Source: an uncultured Planctomycetaceae bacterium (lineage in GTDB: Bacteria > Planctomycetota > Planctomycetia > Isosphaerales > Isosphaeraceae). Taken from it: a stretch of DNA of 64,000 bases. The DNA lies in the NCBI GenBank assembly GCA_963833985.1, contig CAWIAD010000002.1, positions 1,152,001 through 1,216,000 of the forward strand, given 5' to 3'. Positions 44,321 through 53,841 of this stretch are shown piece by piece. The translations under genes were made by a program, and so were the position numbers. The notes beneath the pieces were generated by a model. It had not been told where the DNA came from. It searched no databases and saw only the letters and a list, made by a program, of their open reading frames with translations. Position 1 is the stretch's first letter. Every line of letters begins with the position of its first letter.

Positions 44321-44707
44321 TCAAGCAACGTTGGTCTTGACCGTGCCGGCCATGGTGATCGTGATGACGCCGGCCCAGCTACACATGCACTTGCTGGTAT
44401 TGTTCAGGGCCGGCATGCCGCCGATCATCACGGTTGGCGATCCGGGAGCCCAGGGGGTCGTCACCGGTACGCAGGGCTGTGGCGTCAGTACACCGGCCGC
44501 GGCCGCCGTGGCCTTGATGACGTCTGGATTCGTCGGTGCGCTGCACATCCCAAAAGGAGGGATGTTCGTCATCGGCTTGAAGTCCATGATGTTCGCGGCG
44601 GGCGTCCCCTCGGCGGTGGTCCGATTCACCGGCAGGACGATCAGGCTCGCCGGTGCCGCCCCGAAGCTACAGGCCATCATGGCGCCCATCTTCACCTGCT
44701 GCGGCAT
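44321..44707 (-). CDS. DUF4280 PAAR-like spike tip protein
   Basis: GA.MACSFG, NIPPFGMC, PCVP....W.PGSPTV.IG, CMCSWAGVITI. Confidence 0.92.
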   Translation of the reverse strand: MPQQVKMGAMMACSFGAAPASLIVLPVNRTTAEGTPAANIMDFKPMTNIPPFGMCSAPTNPDVIKATAAAAGVLTPQPCVPVTTPWAPGSPTVMIGGMPALNNTSKCMCSWAGVITITMAGTVKTNVA

Positions 44708-44905
44708 GGCGTCACCTCCAGTCTCGATCCGGCTCCGATCTACGAGCAGATCCTACCACCATTTGATGCCCACTCCCGGTTGTATCAGTCCCATGGATTG
44801 TGAAGAATCCATGAATGTCGGCGTCGTTCGGGCCGGTCCTTCGCGCTGAGAACCGCCAGCAAATTCCAATACTGGCAACGTTGCAGAGGTTTCCGCACGG
44901 TACAG

Positions 44906-44980
44906 TCATTTTGGACCTGTACCTGACTCCCGTGGGCCGCCGGCATGGTGCGGATGGATCGGAAAGGTTGAACGTATCAT
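44906..44980 (-). pseudogene. Truncated 5' remnant of an eighth DUF4157-array gene
   Basis: Encodes MIRSTFPIHPHHAGGPRESGTGPK*, matching the start of the 45072..46676 gene (MIPSNFPIQPHHAGGPSRVIQG). DNA 44934..45016 is nearly identical to 46632..46712. Confidence 0.7.
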
Positions 44981-45071
44981 GACCACTCAGAGTTTAAAGG
45001 CCCATTGCTCCAGAACGAGCCGCGGCCCCGTTTCGCTCCCCCCGTTTCACTTCCCAAAAACTTTTCATTCA

Positions 45072-46676
45072 TTAATAATGCCGATAGCTCCATCTCGGCG
45101 GATTGCCCTTCAGGCTCTTGTAATAGAGGCGGTGCTTGGCGTCCTTGTATTTGGAAATCTTGCTCTTTATGAGGGTTTCGGCTTTGTTATGAAGCCCCCG
45201 AGGAATAGCACCCATGCGATAGGTCCGCTTACGCTTGTGAACCCCTTTGGAAATGAACCGGAGATGCTTCGTCGACCGAAATGAGAGGTGGAACGCGAGA
45301 TCCAATCGATGCGGCTTGTATTTCCCGCTCGCGGCGAGCGACTTGGCCACCTCCACGAGCGCGATGTGGTCAATCTCATGGTCCTTGTCAATCTTCTTCC
45401 ATTCCGACACGGGCTTGTCGTTTCGCATCTCCTTGTATTGACTGGTCAGATAAACATCGTTCCCGTTCTCGGTGTACTTGTAATAGGGCTTGATTCCCTT
45501 GACCGGCGGTTCGGTTCCATCACACCTTACGACGTTCATCTTCTTGGCGATGCGCTCATAGGCGTCTGGTTTGAAGACAGGCCTGGGAATCTTGTCGGTC
45601 GACTTGGATTCCCGGATCACAAAATCGGCATCGTCCTCGTCGTCGCTTTCCGCTCTCTGAACAACCAGGGCAGGAGCAACCAGGGCAGGAGAAGCCACGG
45701 GACTCACATTGCCGGCTGCCCGGACCGGAACGGGAAGGGGGTGCTCGATCCACCGTGCCTGAATCGGACCTTGCCGCCCGCCACCCGGCAGGAGAACTGT
45801 AGACCTTGGGCTGCCAGCAGGCTCCAGCCTTCCCTGATCTGGAGTCCAAGATGCCAGCGGGCCACTGGTTGAGCGACCTGAGGGGCCAACCGGGTTTCCG
45901 GGTCGTCGGTCGGTCGGCAAGATCGGATGTGACGGGGCCAATCTGGCCTGAATGGGCAGTGGTGCCATTGCCGCCCTCATCCCTGTCCGCTCCGCCTCTG
46001 CTTCGAGAGCGGGATTCTGGACCACCGCGATGCCCGCCCCCAGCGGATTTCGCACGCGACCGGCGCGCTGCTGGACGACGTGGGTCAACTCATGGCCGAG
46101 AAGTTGCTGTCCCTGGCTCGACTGAGGATTGTACTGGCCGGGCGCAAAGTAGAGGTCGGTGCCATGGGTGAAAGCCAGCGCGCCGATCGACGACGCCTCG
46201 TGGCCGACATGGACGCGGACGTCGGCGAAGCTGGTGTTGAAGAAGGACTCCATCTTCTTCCGGACTGGCTCGGGTAGGGCCTGTCCGCTGCCGCGCGGCT
46301 TGAGCGAGAAATTCGCCGGCAGGGCAAACGCCTCGCCGGCGTGGGACTGCACGGCTCCGGTCGCCGCGTTTTTCGGCAGAATCGGCTGGGGCGCTTGCGG
46401 TCGGATTGGCGCTGGGGCTTGCGCGGTACGCGGTTGCAGAATGCTTGTCGGCAAGATCGGTCTTGGCGGCTGACCAGGTCGCCTTGCCGGCTGGAGGCCC
46501 AAAGGCATCGGACGAGCCTGGAGCGGAGCCGGAGCGGGCGGCCGGACCGGCGCCGCGGGCGTGGGCGTGGGCGGAGCCGTGGTGATTCGCGGCTTGCCGC
46601 CGGGGAAGAAACCCTGGATCACGCGCGAGGGGCCGCCGGCATGGTGCGGTTGGATCGGAAAGTTTGAAGGTATCAT
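45072..46676 (-). CDS. DUF4157 protein 1; basic C-terminal domain, HNH-like
   Basis: SRVIQGFFPGGKPR leader; FADVRVH, GALAFTHG, LLGHELTHVVQQ; C-terminus IDKDHEIDH...HLRFISKGVHKRK. Confidence 0.85.
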   Translation of the reverse strand: MIPSNFPIQPHHAGGPSRVIQGFFPGGKPRITTAPPTPTPAAPVRPPAPAPLQARPMPLGLQPARRPGQPPRPILPTSILQPRTAQAPAPIRPQAPQPILPKNAATGAVQSHAGEAFALPANFSLKPRGSGQALPEPVRKKMESFFNTSFADVRVHVGHEASSIGALAFTHGTDLYFAPGQYNPQSSQGQQLLGHELTHVVQQRAGRVRNPLGAGIAVVQNPALEAEAERTGMRAAMAPLPIQARLAPSHPILPTDRRPGNPVGPSGRSTSGPLASWTPDQGRLEPAGSPRSTVLLPGGGRQGPIQARWIEHPLPVPVRAAGNVSPVASPALVAPALVVQRAESDDEDDADFVIRESKSTDKIPRPVFKPDAYERIAKKMNVVRCDGTEPPVKGIKPYYKYTENGNDVYLTSQYKEMRNDKPVSEWKKIDKDHEIDHIALVEVAKSLAASGKYKPHRLDLAFHLSFRSTKHLRFISKGVHKRKRTYRMGAIPRGLHNKAETLIKSKISKYKDAKHRLYYKSLKGNPPRWSYRHY

Positions 46677-46711
46677 GACCACTCAGAGTTTGAAGGTCCA
46701 TTGCTCCAGAA

Positions 46712-46860
46712 CTAGGGCGGTTTTCTGACAGGTTGCAAGCCGTTTCTGAGATCTTGGAAAGGGGGGCAGACATTCCTGTCTGCCAGGGCAGGCCTGCTCC
46801 GGCAGGCAGGAATGCCTGCCCCCCGGTCTCAGTCTGCGATCCGAGTGAAAACCGCTCTAG
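46712..46860. mobile_element. MITE-like element with an internal REP-like hairpin
   Basis: Ends CTAGGGCGGTTTTC / GAAAACCGCTCTAG form a 14-bp inverted repeat (1 mismatch) with CTAG at both ends. The paralogous site near 45011 (CAGAACGAGCCGCG) is empty. Confidence 0.7.
46761..46824. repeat. REP-like inverted repeat
   Basis: GGGGGGCAGACATTCCTGTCTGCC ... GGCAGGCAGGAATGCCTGCCCCCC. Confidence 0.75.
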
Positions 46861-47018
46861 CCGCGTCCCCGTTTCTCTACAGTCCCCGTTTCGCTCCCAG
46901 AACAAGCCGCGTCCCCGTATCGCTCCCCGCAATGATCGATTCCGGCCGCACAGGAACCCAATCGAAAAGAGGAAGCGGGAGCTGGCATTGCGAAGGCCCG
47001 ATCCGCTCTGAAACTCGT

Positions 47019-49115
47019 TCAGCCCGGGGCTGGCACCGGCGCCACGACCGCCAGCGGCAAAACAGGCATCGCGAGCGGAGGAGCGGGGACATGAACGGCC
47101 GGAGCGGGGCCGACCACCGCGACTTGCCAGAGCGGTGCCTGCAATACGGGAAAGGCACCACCCTGATTGATCGCCACGAGATTGTCAAAGATGTCCAGCG
47201 ACATGGCCTCCCATTCATTCACGGGCCGATCCGTCTGAACCGTCCGGATCTCCATGATCGGTGCGTTCACCGGCGCCGCAGGAGCACCGACCGGTTCCGT
47301 CTGATTCCCCAGGCTGCCCATGGAATGCAGCGAGGGACGAGTGCCGTGAACCGGGTACGTGTTCCTCGTCAGAAGGTCGACCCCGCCGTGAATCCCCTCG
47401 AGCCACCGTCTTACCGTCAGGTGCCCTCGCTTCCTGGCGAGCCATCCGCCGTCGGGCTTGAGCATGAGACGTTCCAGATTATTCTCCGCTCCGGCAAGCG
47501 CCGCGAGCTCCACCCAGAAAGCGCGTGTCAGGAATGCGGCCTCGGGGATCTGGGCATACGCGGTAGCCAGATCAGAACGCATCAGGAAAAAGGCCATCGC
47601 CTTGGGGTAGTCGTAAGTCTGTCGAGATTGACGGATATAGTGACCCACAAGCGTCAGAACGCCCTTCAGTTCATCGCTCGGCTGTACCCCCATGACATTC
47701 TGGTACCGTGCGATCGCCGCATTCGCGTTCTGCGTGAACTGTGCATATCGCGCTCGCCTGCCACCGGTGAAAAGGGCTTTTGCGGGTGCCGCGGCCGGTG
47801 GGGCGAGCGCGGGGACCTGTGAACCGAGATCTGTGAACAAAGAGTGGATGCGATCGAGGCGAATCGCGGCGGTGACCTGCATGCGGCCGAGCGGATTGAG
47901 CCTGTTCATGATCTCGATGTTTGGACGATCAAGGCCGATCACTCCCGGTCCAACAAGCTGGTTCACGGCGACATGCTGGTTCACAGGCCCCGCACCGTTC
48001 AGCCGGTTCATCATGTTGCGAATGGAAGTCATCGTGGTCTGGAGGGCGGCACGGCCAGCGGCCGTTTCAGGGAACGGGGTCGTCACGAATTCGATGTGTG
48101 ACGCCGTGGAGTTGGCGTTCTCTTCCCCCTGGAGCGTGAACCCGACCCCGCGGACGAGGACCGCACCTTTCTTCACCATCCGGTAGCGCTGCCGGCCCAG
48201 GATCGCCAATCGATAGGGCTCGCGTGATCCGCAGCCTGCAACCTCGATTTCAAAGCCGATGTCTCGTTGAATCACCTTGGATTTCGGGCTCGGTCCCTCG
48301 AGGCGCTGGGCGACCGGACGATCCCTGTGCAAGGAGTTCGTCGACAGGGTCGATCGATTCGACCCCGACCTCAGCTTCGGACCCCCGCTTCCCAACATGC
48401 GGTGGACCGGGCTTGACTGAATCGGCGATGGGCTTGCACCGGCCCGAACTGCATTGTGATGGGCCTCGGCCTCGAGCGCAGGGTCATGCACGACGGCGAC
48501 CTCTGGGCCCAGCGGGTTGCGTACCCGGCCGGCGCACTGCTGCACGACGTGGGTCAATTCGTGTCCGAGCAGCTGCTGGCCCTGCATCGAGTGCGGATTG
48601 TATTGCCCGGGCGCGAAGTAAAGCTGGGAGCCATGAGTGAAAGCCAGAGCACCGATCGCCGGAGCCTCAGGTCCGACGTGCACGCGGACATCACTGAAGC
48701 TGGTGTTGAAGAACGACTCCATTTTCTTCTGGATCGGCCCCGGCAAGGGCTGACCGCTGCCGCGTGGCTTGAGCGTGAGATTTGCCGGCAGGGTGAAGGC
48801 GTCGCCGACGAGAGGCCGCACCGGCGCTGCGGCGGAGCTTTTCGGCAGGATCGGCTGGGGAGTATGGGGACGGGCTGGAACCGCGGGCTGCACGGTGCGC
48901 GGCCGCAGGCTGCTCGTCGGCAGGATCGCGCGATGCGGCTGGCCAGCTCGCGTCGCCGGCTGAAGGGTGCTGGTCGCCGGGCGAACCAGGGCCGGCGCCA
49001 TGGGAACAGGCAAGGCCTGGATGATTCGCGGCCTGCCGCCAGGGAAAAAACCCTGGATCACGCGCGACGGAGCGTCGGGTCGGTTCGGCCGGATCGGTTC
49101 GGGTGAAGTTGTCAC
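47019..49115 (-). CDS. DUF4157 protein 2; C-terminal glutamine-synthetase-fold / ACD-like domain
   Basis: Leader motif and HELTH; after VIQRD come GFEIE, IEFVT.P, MQVT, MRSDL, MEIR. Confidence 0.85.
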   Translation of the reverse strand: MTTSPEPIRPNRPDAPSRVIQGFFPGGRPRIIQALPVPMAPALVRPATSTLQPATRAGQPHRAILPTSSLRPRTVQPAVPARPHTPQPILPKSSAAAPVRPLVGDAFTLPANLTLKPRGSGQPLPGPIQKKMESFFNTSFSDVRVHVGPEAPAIGALAFTHGSQLYFAPGQYNPHSMQGQQLLGHELTHVVQQCAGRVRNPLGPEVAVVHDPALEAEAHHNAVRAGASPSPIQSSPVHRMLGSGGPKLRSGSNRSTLSTNSLHRDRPVAQRLEGPSPKSKVIQRDIGFEIEVAGCGSREPYRLAILGRQRYRMVKKGAVLVRGVGFTLQGEENANSTASHIEFVTTPFPETAAGRAALQTTMTSIRNMMNRLNGAGPVNQHVAVNQLVGPGVIGLDRPNIEIMNRLNPLGRMQVTAAIRLDRIHSLFTDLGSQVPALAPPAAAPAKALFTGGRRARYAQFTQNANAAIARYQNVMGVQPSDELKGVLTLVGHYIRQSRQTYDYPKAMAFFLMRSDLATAYAQIPEAAFLTRAFWVELAALAGAENNLERLMLKPDGGWLARKRGHLTVRRWLEGIHGGVDLLTRNTYPVHGTRPSLHSMGSLGNQTEPVGAPAAPVNAPIMEIRTVQTDRPVNEWEAMSLDIFDNLVAINQGGAFPVLQAPLWQVAVVGPAPAVHVPAPPLAMPVLPLAVVAPVPAPG

Positions 49116-49374
49116 GGCAATTCAACCCCTTCCTGTCCGGGCTCGATCGCCGGCCATCCCGCCGCCGACCGCACGGAGTGCTCAGATGCGAAAAGCCCTG
49201 CGTCCAACCGGGCCGACCAGGAGACGACTCACTACGACCTGCGCGTTACGATCGGTGATGCCTCGATCATTCTGCGCCTCCCTTCAAATTGCCCTTTTGA
49301 GCCAGCAGTTCGACTGGCGACCGAGGCAGGAATACGGCCTCGATGGGCTGCCTGGAGACGGATCTCCGGCCGGT

Positions 49375-51672
49375 TCAATGGCGTTTCTCAGCGCTCAGGA
49401 ATGTCAATCGCAGGGTGTTCGGTGGACCGCCGGAATCCGTGGTCCTCGCGATCAAGCTCACTTCGTTGTCCACTGCCAGTGGGGATCGCTCCGCGTCGGG
49501 ATATGAGATCTTGACGATGTAGAGGTGGGGCTCCTTCTTCACACCACTGGCCCCGGTGTCCTTGGAGGCGATATATCCATTCCTCATGGCTTGTTCGTAG
49601 AAATCCCTCAGATTCGGGACTGAGGCAATCTTGCGGCCCAGCGAGGAGTTCTTGTAGACCTCCCTCCAATCGATTCGAACCTGTACTTCGAAATCTCCGT
49701 CCGTGTGATTCGTAATGTGCACATAAGCGCCCAGAGCCGGAATCTGGTCGATGGGATTCACGGTTGCGGTGGGCGTGTTCACCACTTGCGTGGCAGTCCC
49801 TCCGATGGTGGCCTTCGATTCGATCAGAAGCTCCTCCTCGGCGAGTTCTTTCGACTTCAGGGCCTGCTTCTCGAACTTCTCTCTGGTCCGCTGCTCGAAG
49901 ATGGTCTCCTTGCGCGGTTTGGGTGATTGCTCTGCTTTTTTCTGGTCTTCGGCCGCATATCTCTCGGAGATATCAAGGAGGCAGATAAGCCGTCCGAGCG
50001 GGGATTTCTCGGCCGCGATGCACTCGAGAGCCTTGTCGCTCAACTTGAAAAGCTTTCGCGTCATCGCGCAGAGGGCCTTGTTCAGCCTGGAGGCAACTTC
50101 CTTCAGTTCATCCCCCATGTCGTGGAGCGTCACAAAGGTGCAGAACAGCTCCACACTGGACGTCATTTCCTGCACGCTCTGCGAGCTCTTGCATCTGGCT
50201 AACACGGCCTTATGAAGGTCGCAAAGCAGCTCGACCTGGTGCAGAATTCGTCTCATGATCTTCCGCGGCTCGTCCAGCGATCGACGATAGGCAACGAGTT
50301 CATTCCCGGTCAGACTGAGCTGGCAGAACTCACCGAGAAACAACCGGATCTGCTCCGGGTTTCTCCGGACGACGAAGGCCATGACAAGCTCATTGGAAAG
50401 CGACACCGGGTTGACCTGACGCTGCTGGAGCATGAAGGGCACCATGCGAGCGGGGGGCGGCAACAAGATCACCTCGTCGGGATTCACCATCCTCGGTCCT
50501 TGGTCTACCACCGGAAGGGTCGCGACCGGGTTCACCAGCGTAAGAGCCCGGGTCGGGTTCTCGACGAACGGGACGTCTTGACGAGCCGCCGTCACCTGCT
50601 CGAAAACCTGCCGGGGCGGGGCCTTGCGTTTGGTCATCGAGACATAGACCCACAAGAGCCATGCCAGGATGCCAAACGTCATGATGTAAGCCCAGTTGTC
50701 CAGGAGCCATCCCGATCCTGACCCGCCTTGCATCAACTGGACGGCACCGGTCTCCTGGACAGGGAACGGGCGACGGCGGGAAGCGGGCAAATGGACTCCG
50801 GACGATCGTGCCGCCGGCTTTTCGAAACCCAGGAGCGGGCCGAGCCTGTGCCGCCGAGACCGCGCCCGGCGACCACGAACCGGAGGTGCTCCGTCCAGGT
50901 ACCTCCTGTCCGAGCGTCCTCGCCTGGACACGCGCCTGAAACGTCGTCGCCCCAAGCCCCATCCGCTCCGCCTCGGCCTCCAGTGCCGGGTCCTGAACCA
51001 CCGCGACTCCCGGGCCCAGCGGGTTGCGCACCCGACCGCGCGCTGCTGCACGACGTGGGTCAACTCGTGGCCGAGCAGTTGCTGGCCCTGCATCGAATGC
51101 GGATTGTATTGCCCGGGCGCGAAGTAAAGCTGGGAGCCATGAGTGAAGGCCAGAGCACCGATCGCCGGAGCCTCCGGTCCGACGTGCACGCGGACATCAC
51201 TGAAGCTGGTCTGGAAATAGGCCTCCATCTTCTTCTGCACGGCCTGCGGCAACGGCTGACCGCTCACGGCCGTCTTGAGCACCAAGCCGGGTGGCAGCGC
51301 CTGAGCGTCGCCCCCACGCGGCTGAACCGCTGAGATCGCGTGATGTTGATGTTGCGGCAGGACAGGCTGGAGTGTTTGCGGTCTCATCGGGGCGGCGGGC
51401 TGGAGAGCGGCCGGCTTCAACCCTCCCGGCGGCAGGATCGGACGCGGAGGCTGCCCGGGACGAGTGGCGGGCTGGAGTGCGCCGGGGTTCGGACGACCGG
51501 GAAGCTTCCGGGCGGGCGTCGATACCGGACCAGCTTGCAGGGGTGCCGGCGGAGCAGGCCGGACCAGGGCTGCCGGGATGATCCGCGGCTTGCCTCCAGG
51601 GAAGAAGCCCTGGATCACACGCGCGGAGGCGCCGGGAGCGTTCGGACAGGTTGGACCGGGTGAAGGTGTCAT
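49375..51672 (-). CDS. DUF4157 protein 3; TM helix, helical region and small C-terminal RNase-like domain (compensating frameshifts ~51038 to ~50770)
   Basis: Leader motif and HELTH. The conserved RNPLG..VVQDPALEAEAER segment lies in the 50390..51031 frame. TM WAYIMTFGILAWLLWVYV. Confidence 0.8.
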   Translation of the reverse strand: MTPSPGPTCPNAPGASARVIQGFFPGGKPRIIPAALVRPAPPAPLQAGPVSTPARKLPGRPNPGALQPATRPGQPPRPILPPGGLKPAALQPAAPMRPQTLQPVLPQHQHHAISAVQPRGGDAQALPPGLVLKTAVSGQPLPQAVQKKMEAYFQTSFSDVRVHVGPEAPAIGALAFTHGSQLYFAPGQYNPHSMQGQQLLGHELTHVVQQRAVGCATRWARESRWFRTRHWRPRRSGWGLGRRRFRRVSRRGRSDRRYLDGAPPVRGRRARSRRHRLGPLLGFEKPAARSSGVHLPASRRRPFPVQETGAVQLMQGGSGSGWLLDNWAYIMTFGILAWLLWVYVSMTKRKAPPRQVFEQVTAARQDVPFVENPTRALTLVNPVATLPVVDQGPRMVNPDEVILLPPPARMVPFMLQQRQVNPVSLSNELVMAFVVRRNPEQIRLFLGEFCQLSLTGNELVAYRRSLDEPRKIMRRILHQVELLCDLHKAVLARCKSSQSVQEMTSSVELFCTFVTLHDMGDELKEVASRLNKALCAMTRKLFKLSDKALECIAAEKSPLGRLICLLDISERYAAEDQKKAEQSPKPRKETIFEQRTREKFEKQALKSKELAEEELLIESKATIGGTATQVVNTPTATVNPIDQIPALGAYVHITNHTDGDFEVQVRIDWREVYKNSSLGRKIASVPNLRDFYEQAMRNGYIASKDTGASGVKKEPHLYIVKISYPDAERSPLAVDNEVSLIARTTDSGGPPNTLRLTFLSAEKRH

Positions 51673-51795
51673 GATCGCTCAGCTCGGAAATCGAAGGCCC
51701 ATGGCTTGTATCGTGAAGTCATCAGGAGACTGAAGACCCCGAAGATCATACTATATTGAATTTCAGATTTATTCATAATATTACGTCTAACGCGT

Positions 51796-53700
51796 TTATA
51801 CATAATTAGCAGACCATACGTCGGCGAAGTTCCCGGAATAGTCGCGGCGCGATGTCCTGAAAGCAAGGAGGTCCAGCTTGCCCGTGCGCTGGCCCAATCC
51901 CAGGTTGTAGGCCGCGTTCACCGCCTCCGAGTACCACTCCGCTACAGACGCCGAGCCTCTGTAGTAAGGCATCGCGTTGGTCAGGGTCCAGACGACCTTG
52001 CCTAGCAGTATGATCCGGTTCGCGTTCGACTCGTGCTTCATCCTCTCGTGGTAACCGCTCGCCGTCTCGACAAGAGCGCCGATGTACGCTTCGTTCGTGT
52101 GAATGTACTCCATGTCGCCATCCGGACTTTTTATCGTCGCAGTCAGCAAGGTGCCTCCCTTGCCAATCGATTGGTATACTTCGTTTCCTTCCGCGTTTTC
52201 GTACCTGAAATATTTGTTAATATTTCCCTGGCCAAGGTGGACCATGTGCGCCTTCACGCGAGCCGGCTCTCCCTTGTAGACTTCCTCACCGCGGCTAACG
52301 AGCTCCGTGCTCGTCGTGCCGTATCTCACCGAAGAGTAATTCCTGTCATACAACGACTGGCTTTCGTCATTCATCAATTGCTCGTATTTTTCACGGTCCC
52401 CGTCCTCCTGCTCACGCAGGTCGCCGAATCGCGCATTCTCACCATAGGCCTTCGCGCGCACGGCCACCTCTTTTCGCTTGCCTGCAAGGTAGTTCATGAT
52501 CTCCCTCAAGCCGGAACCGCCCCGGACCATGCCGACCGCGTGGCCGATGGCCACAGGCGCGATCTCCGCAAAGATCTCTTGCGAAGTCTGGGCGATCACC
52601 GGCTGCGGATTCTGAACGAGGGCCACGCCCGGTTGCTGTGCATTGTTCTTTTTCACTTTATAGACCGCGTAGCCAACGGCCGCACCAATGCCGGTGCCGA
52701 CGATCGGAACGATGCTGCCGATGAGGGCACCTGTCAGTATGTGCCGTCGCTTCCTTCCTGGTTGCACCACCGCTCCGAACTTTTTTTGGATGGGTTCACC
52801 TCCGCCGAGGACGCCAACCGCAGGCGCGAGTTGGACGGTTCCGTTGTGAGCCGCGTGCGCCAGCAAGCGTATGGCAGCGGCTTCGGCCTCGGCTTCCATC
52901 GCGTGGTCGTGCACCACCGCAATGCCCGAACCAAACGGGTTGTGCACCCGACCGGCCCTCTGCTGCATGACGTGGGTCAGCTCGTGGCCCAGCAGCTTCT
53001 GACCGTGCGCGGTGTTCGGGTTGTACTGCCCCGGAGCGAAATACAGATTCGAGCCGTGCGTGAGCGCCAGCGCGCCCATCGAAGGAGCCTGGGCTCCTAC
53101 ATGAACGCGGACATCCGCGAAGCTCGTTCGGAAGAACGATTCCATTTTCCGCTGCACGGCCTCGGGCAACGGCTGGCCGCCGCCGTGGCTGAAAAGGCCG
53201 AGCGATGCGGGGACCTCGAATGCTTGGCCACCGCCCGAAAGTTGCATCGTTCTCGGGGGGAGCGCGGCTGCGGATGACTTCGGCTGAACAACCGGCCTGG
53301 GCTGGGGAACGGTGAAAACCATGCGCGGGGCGACCACCGCCGGATTCGCCGGCGCGGGCTGGCCAGCAAGCTTCGATGCCGTGGCAACGATCGCCTTTGG
53401 CTGCACGGCGCCAGCCTGCAACTTGGTCGCGAGAATCGGCTTCGGGGGCTGCCCGGGTCGTAGCGATGGCTGAAGAGCCTTGGTCGTGGGTCTGCCGGGC
53501 ATGATTGCAGCGAGCGGAAGGGCCGGCCGGGCCTGAGCCGAGGCCGGCACTCGCGGGCGAACCGGCGTCGCGGACGTGGGAAACGCCTGCACGATCCGAG
53601 GGTGTCCACCAGGGAAGAAACCCTGTATGACACGTGAGGGGGTGTTCGCGTGGCGTGGTCGGATTGGATCCGGTGAAGTCATCATGGTCTCGTAGCTCAT
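51796..53700 (-). CDS. DUF4157 protein 4; Gly-zipper TM and AvrB/Fido-like C-terminal domain
   Basis: Leader motif and HELTH; GALIGSIVPIVGTGIGAAVG; WTLTNAMPYYRGSASVAE...LDLLAF. Confidence 0.85.
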   Translation of the reverse strand: MSYETMMTSPDPIRPRHANTPSRVIQGFFPGGHPRIVQAFPTSATPVRPRVPASAQARPALPLAAIMPGRPTTKALQPSLRPGQPPKPILATKLQAGAVQPKAIVATASKLAGQPAPANPAVVAPRMVFTVPQPRPVVQPKSSAAALPPRTMQLSGGGQAFEVPASLGLFSHGGGQPLPEAVQRKMESFFRTSFADVRVHVGAQAPSMGALALTHGSNLYFAPGQYNPNTAHGQKLLGHELTHVMQQRAGRVHNPFGSGIAVVHDHAMEAEAEAAAIRLLAHAAHNGTVQLAPAVGVLGGGEPIQKKFGAVVQPGRKRRHILTGALIGSIVPIVGTGIGAAVGYAVYKVKKNNAQQPGVALVQNPQPVIAQTSQEIFAEIAPVAIGHAVGMVRGGSGLREIMNYLAGKRKEVAVRAKAYGENARFGDLREQEDGDREKYEQLMNDESQSLYDRNYSSVRYGTTSTELVSRGEEVYKGEPARVKAHMVHLGQGNINKYFRYENAEGNEVYQSIGKGGTLLTATIKSPDGDMEYIHTNEAYIGALVETASGYHERMKHESNANRIILLGKVVWTLTNAMPYYRGSASVAEWYSEAVNAAYNLGLGQRTGKLDLLAFRTSRRDYSGNFADVWSANYV

Positions 53701-53841
53701 GGATCGAATGCTATCCTATTTGGCATGAGGATTCCCACCCAGGGCATCGACTGTAACTTGAGTGAGACCAATCTCTCTCCAACGGCGGATGGAACCGCGG
53801 GGTTCCTGGCTCTTCGTCCCTCTCCACCTTAACTACTTCCA

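Noticed and set aside
44979..45284. Plus-strand 101-aa ORF as an immunity gene for effector 1
   Set aside because: It is antisense to the effector C-terminus and starts inside the duplicated remnant, with no supporting features.
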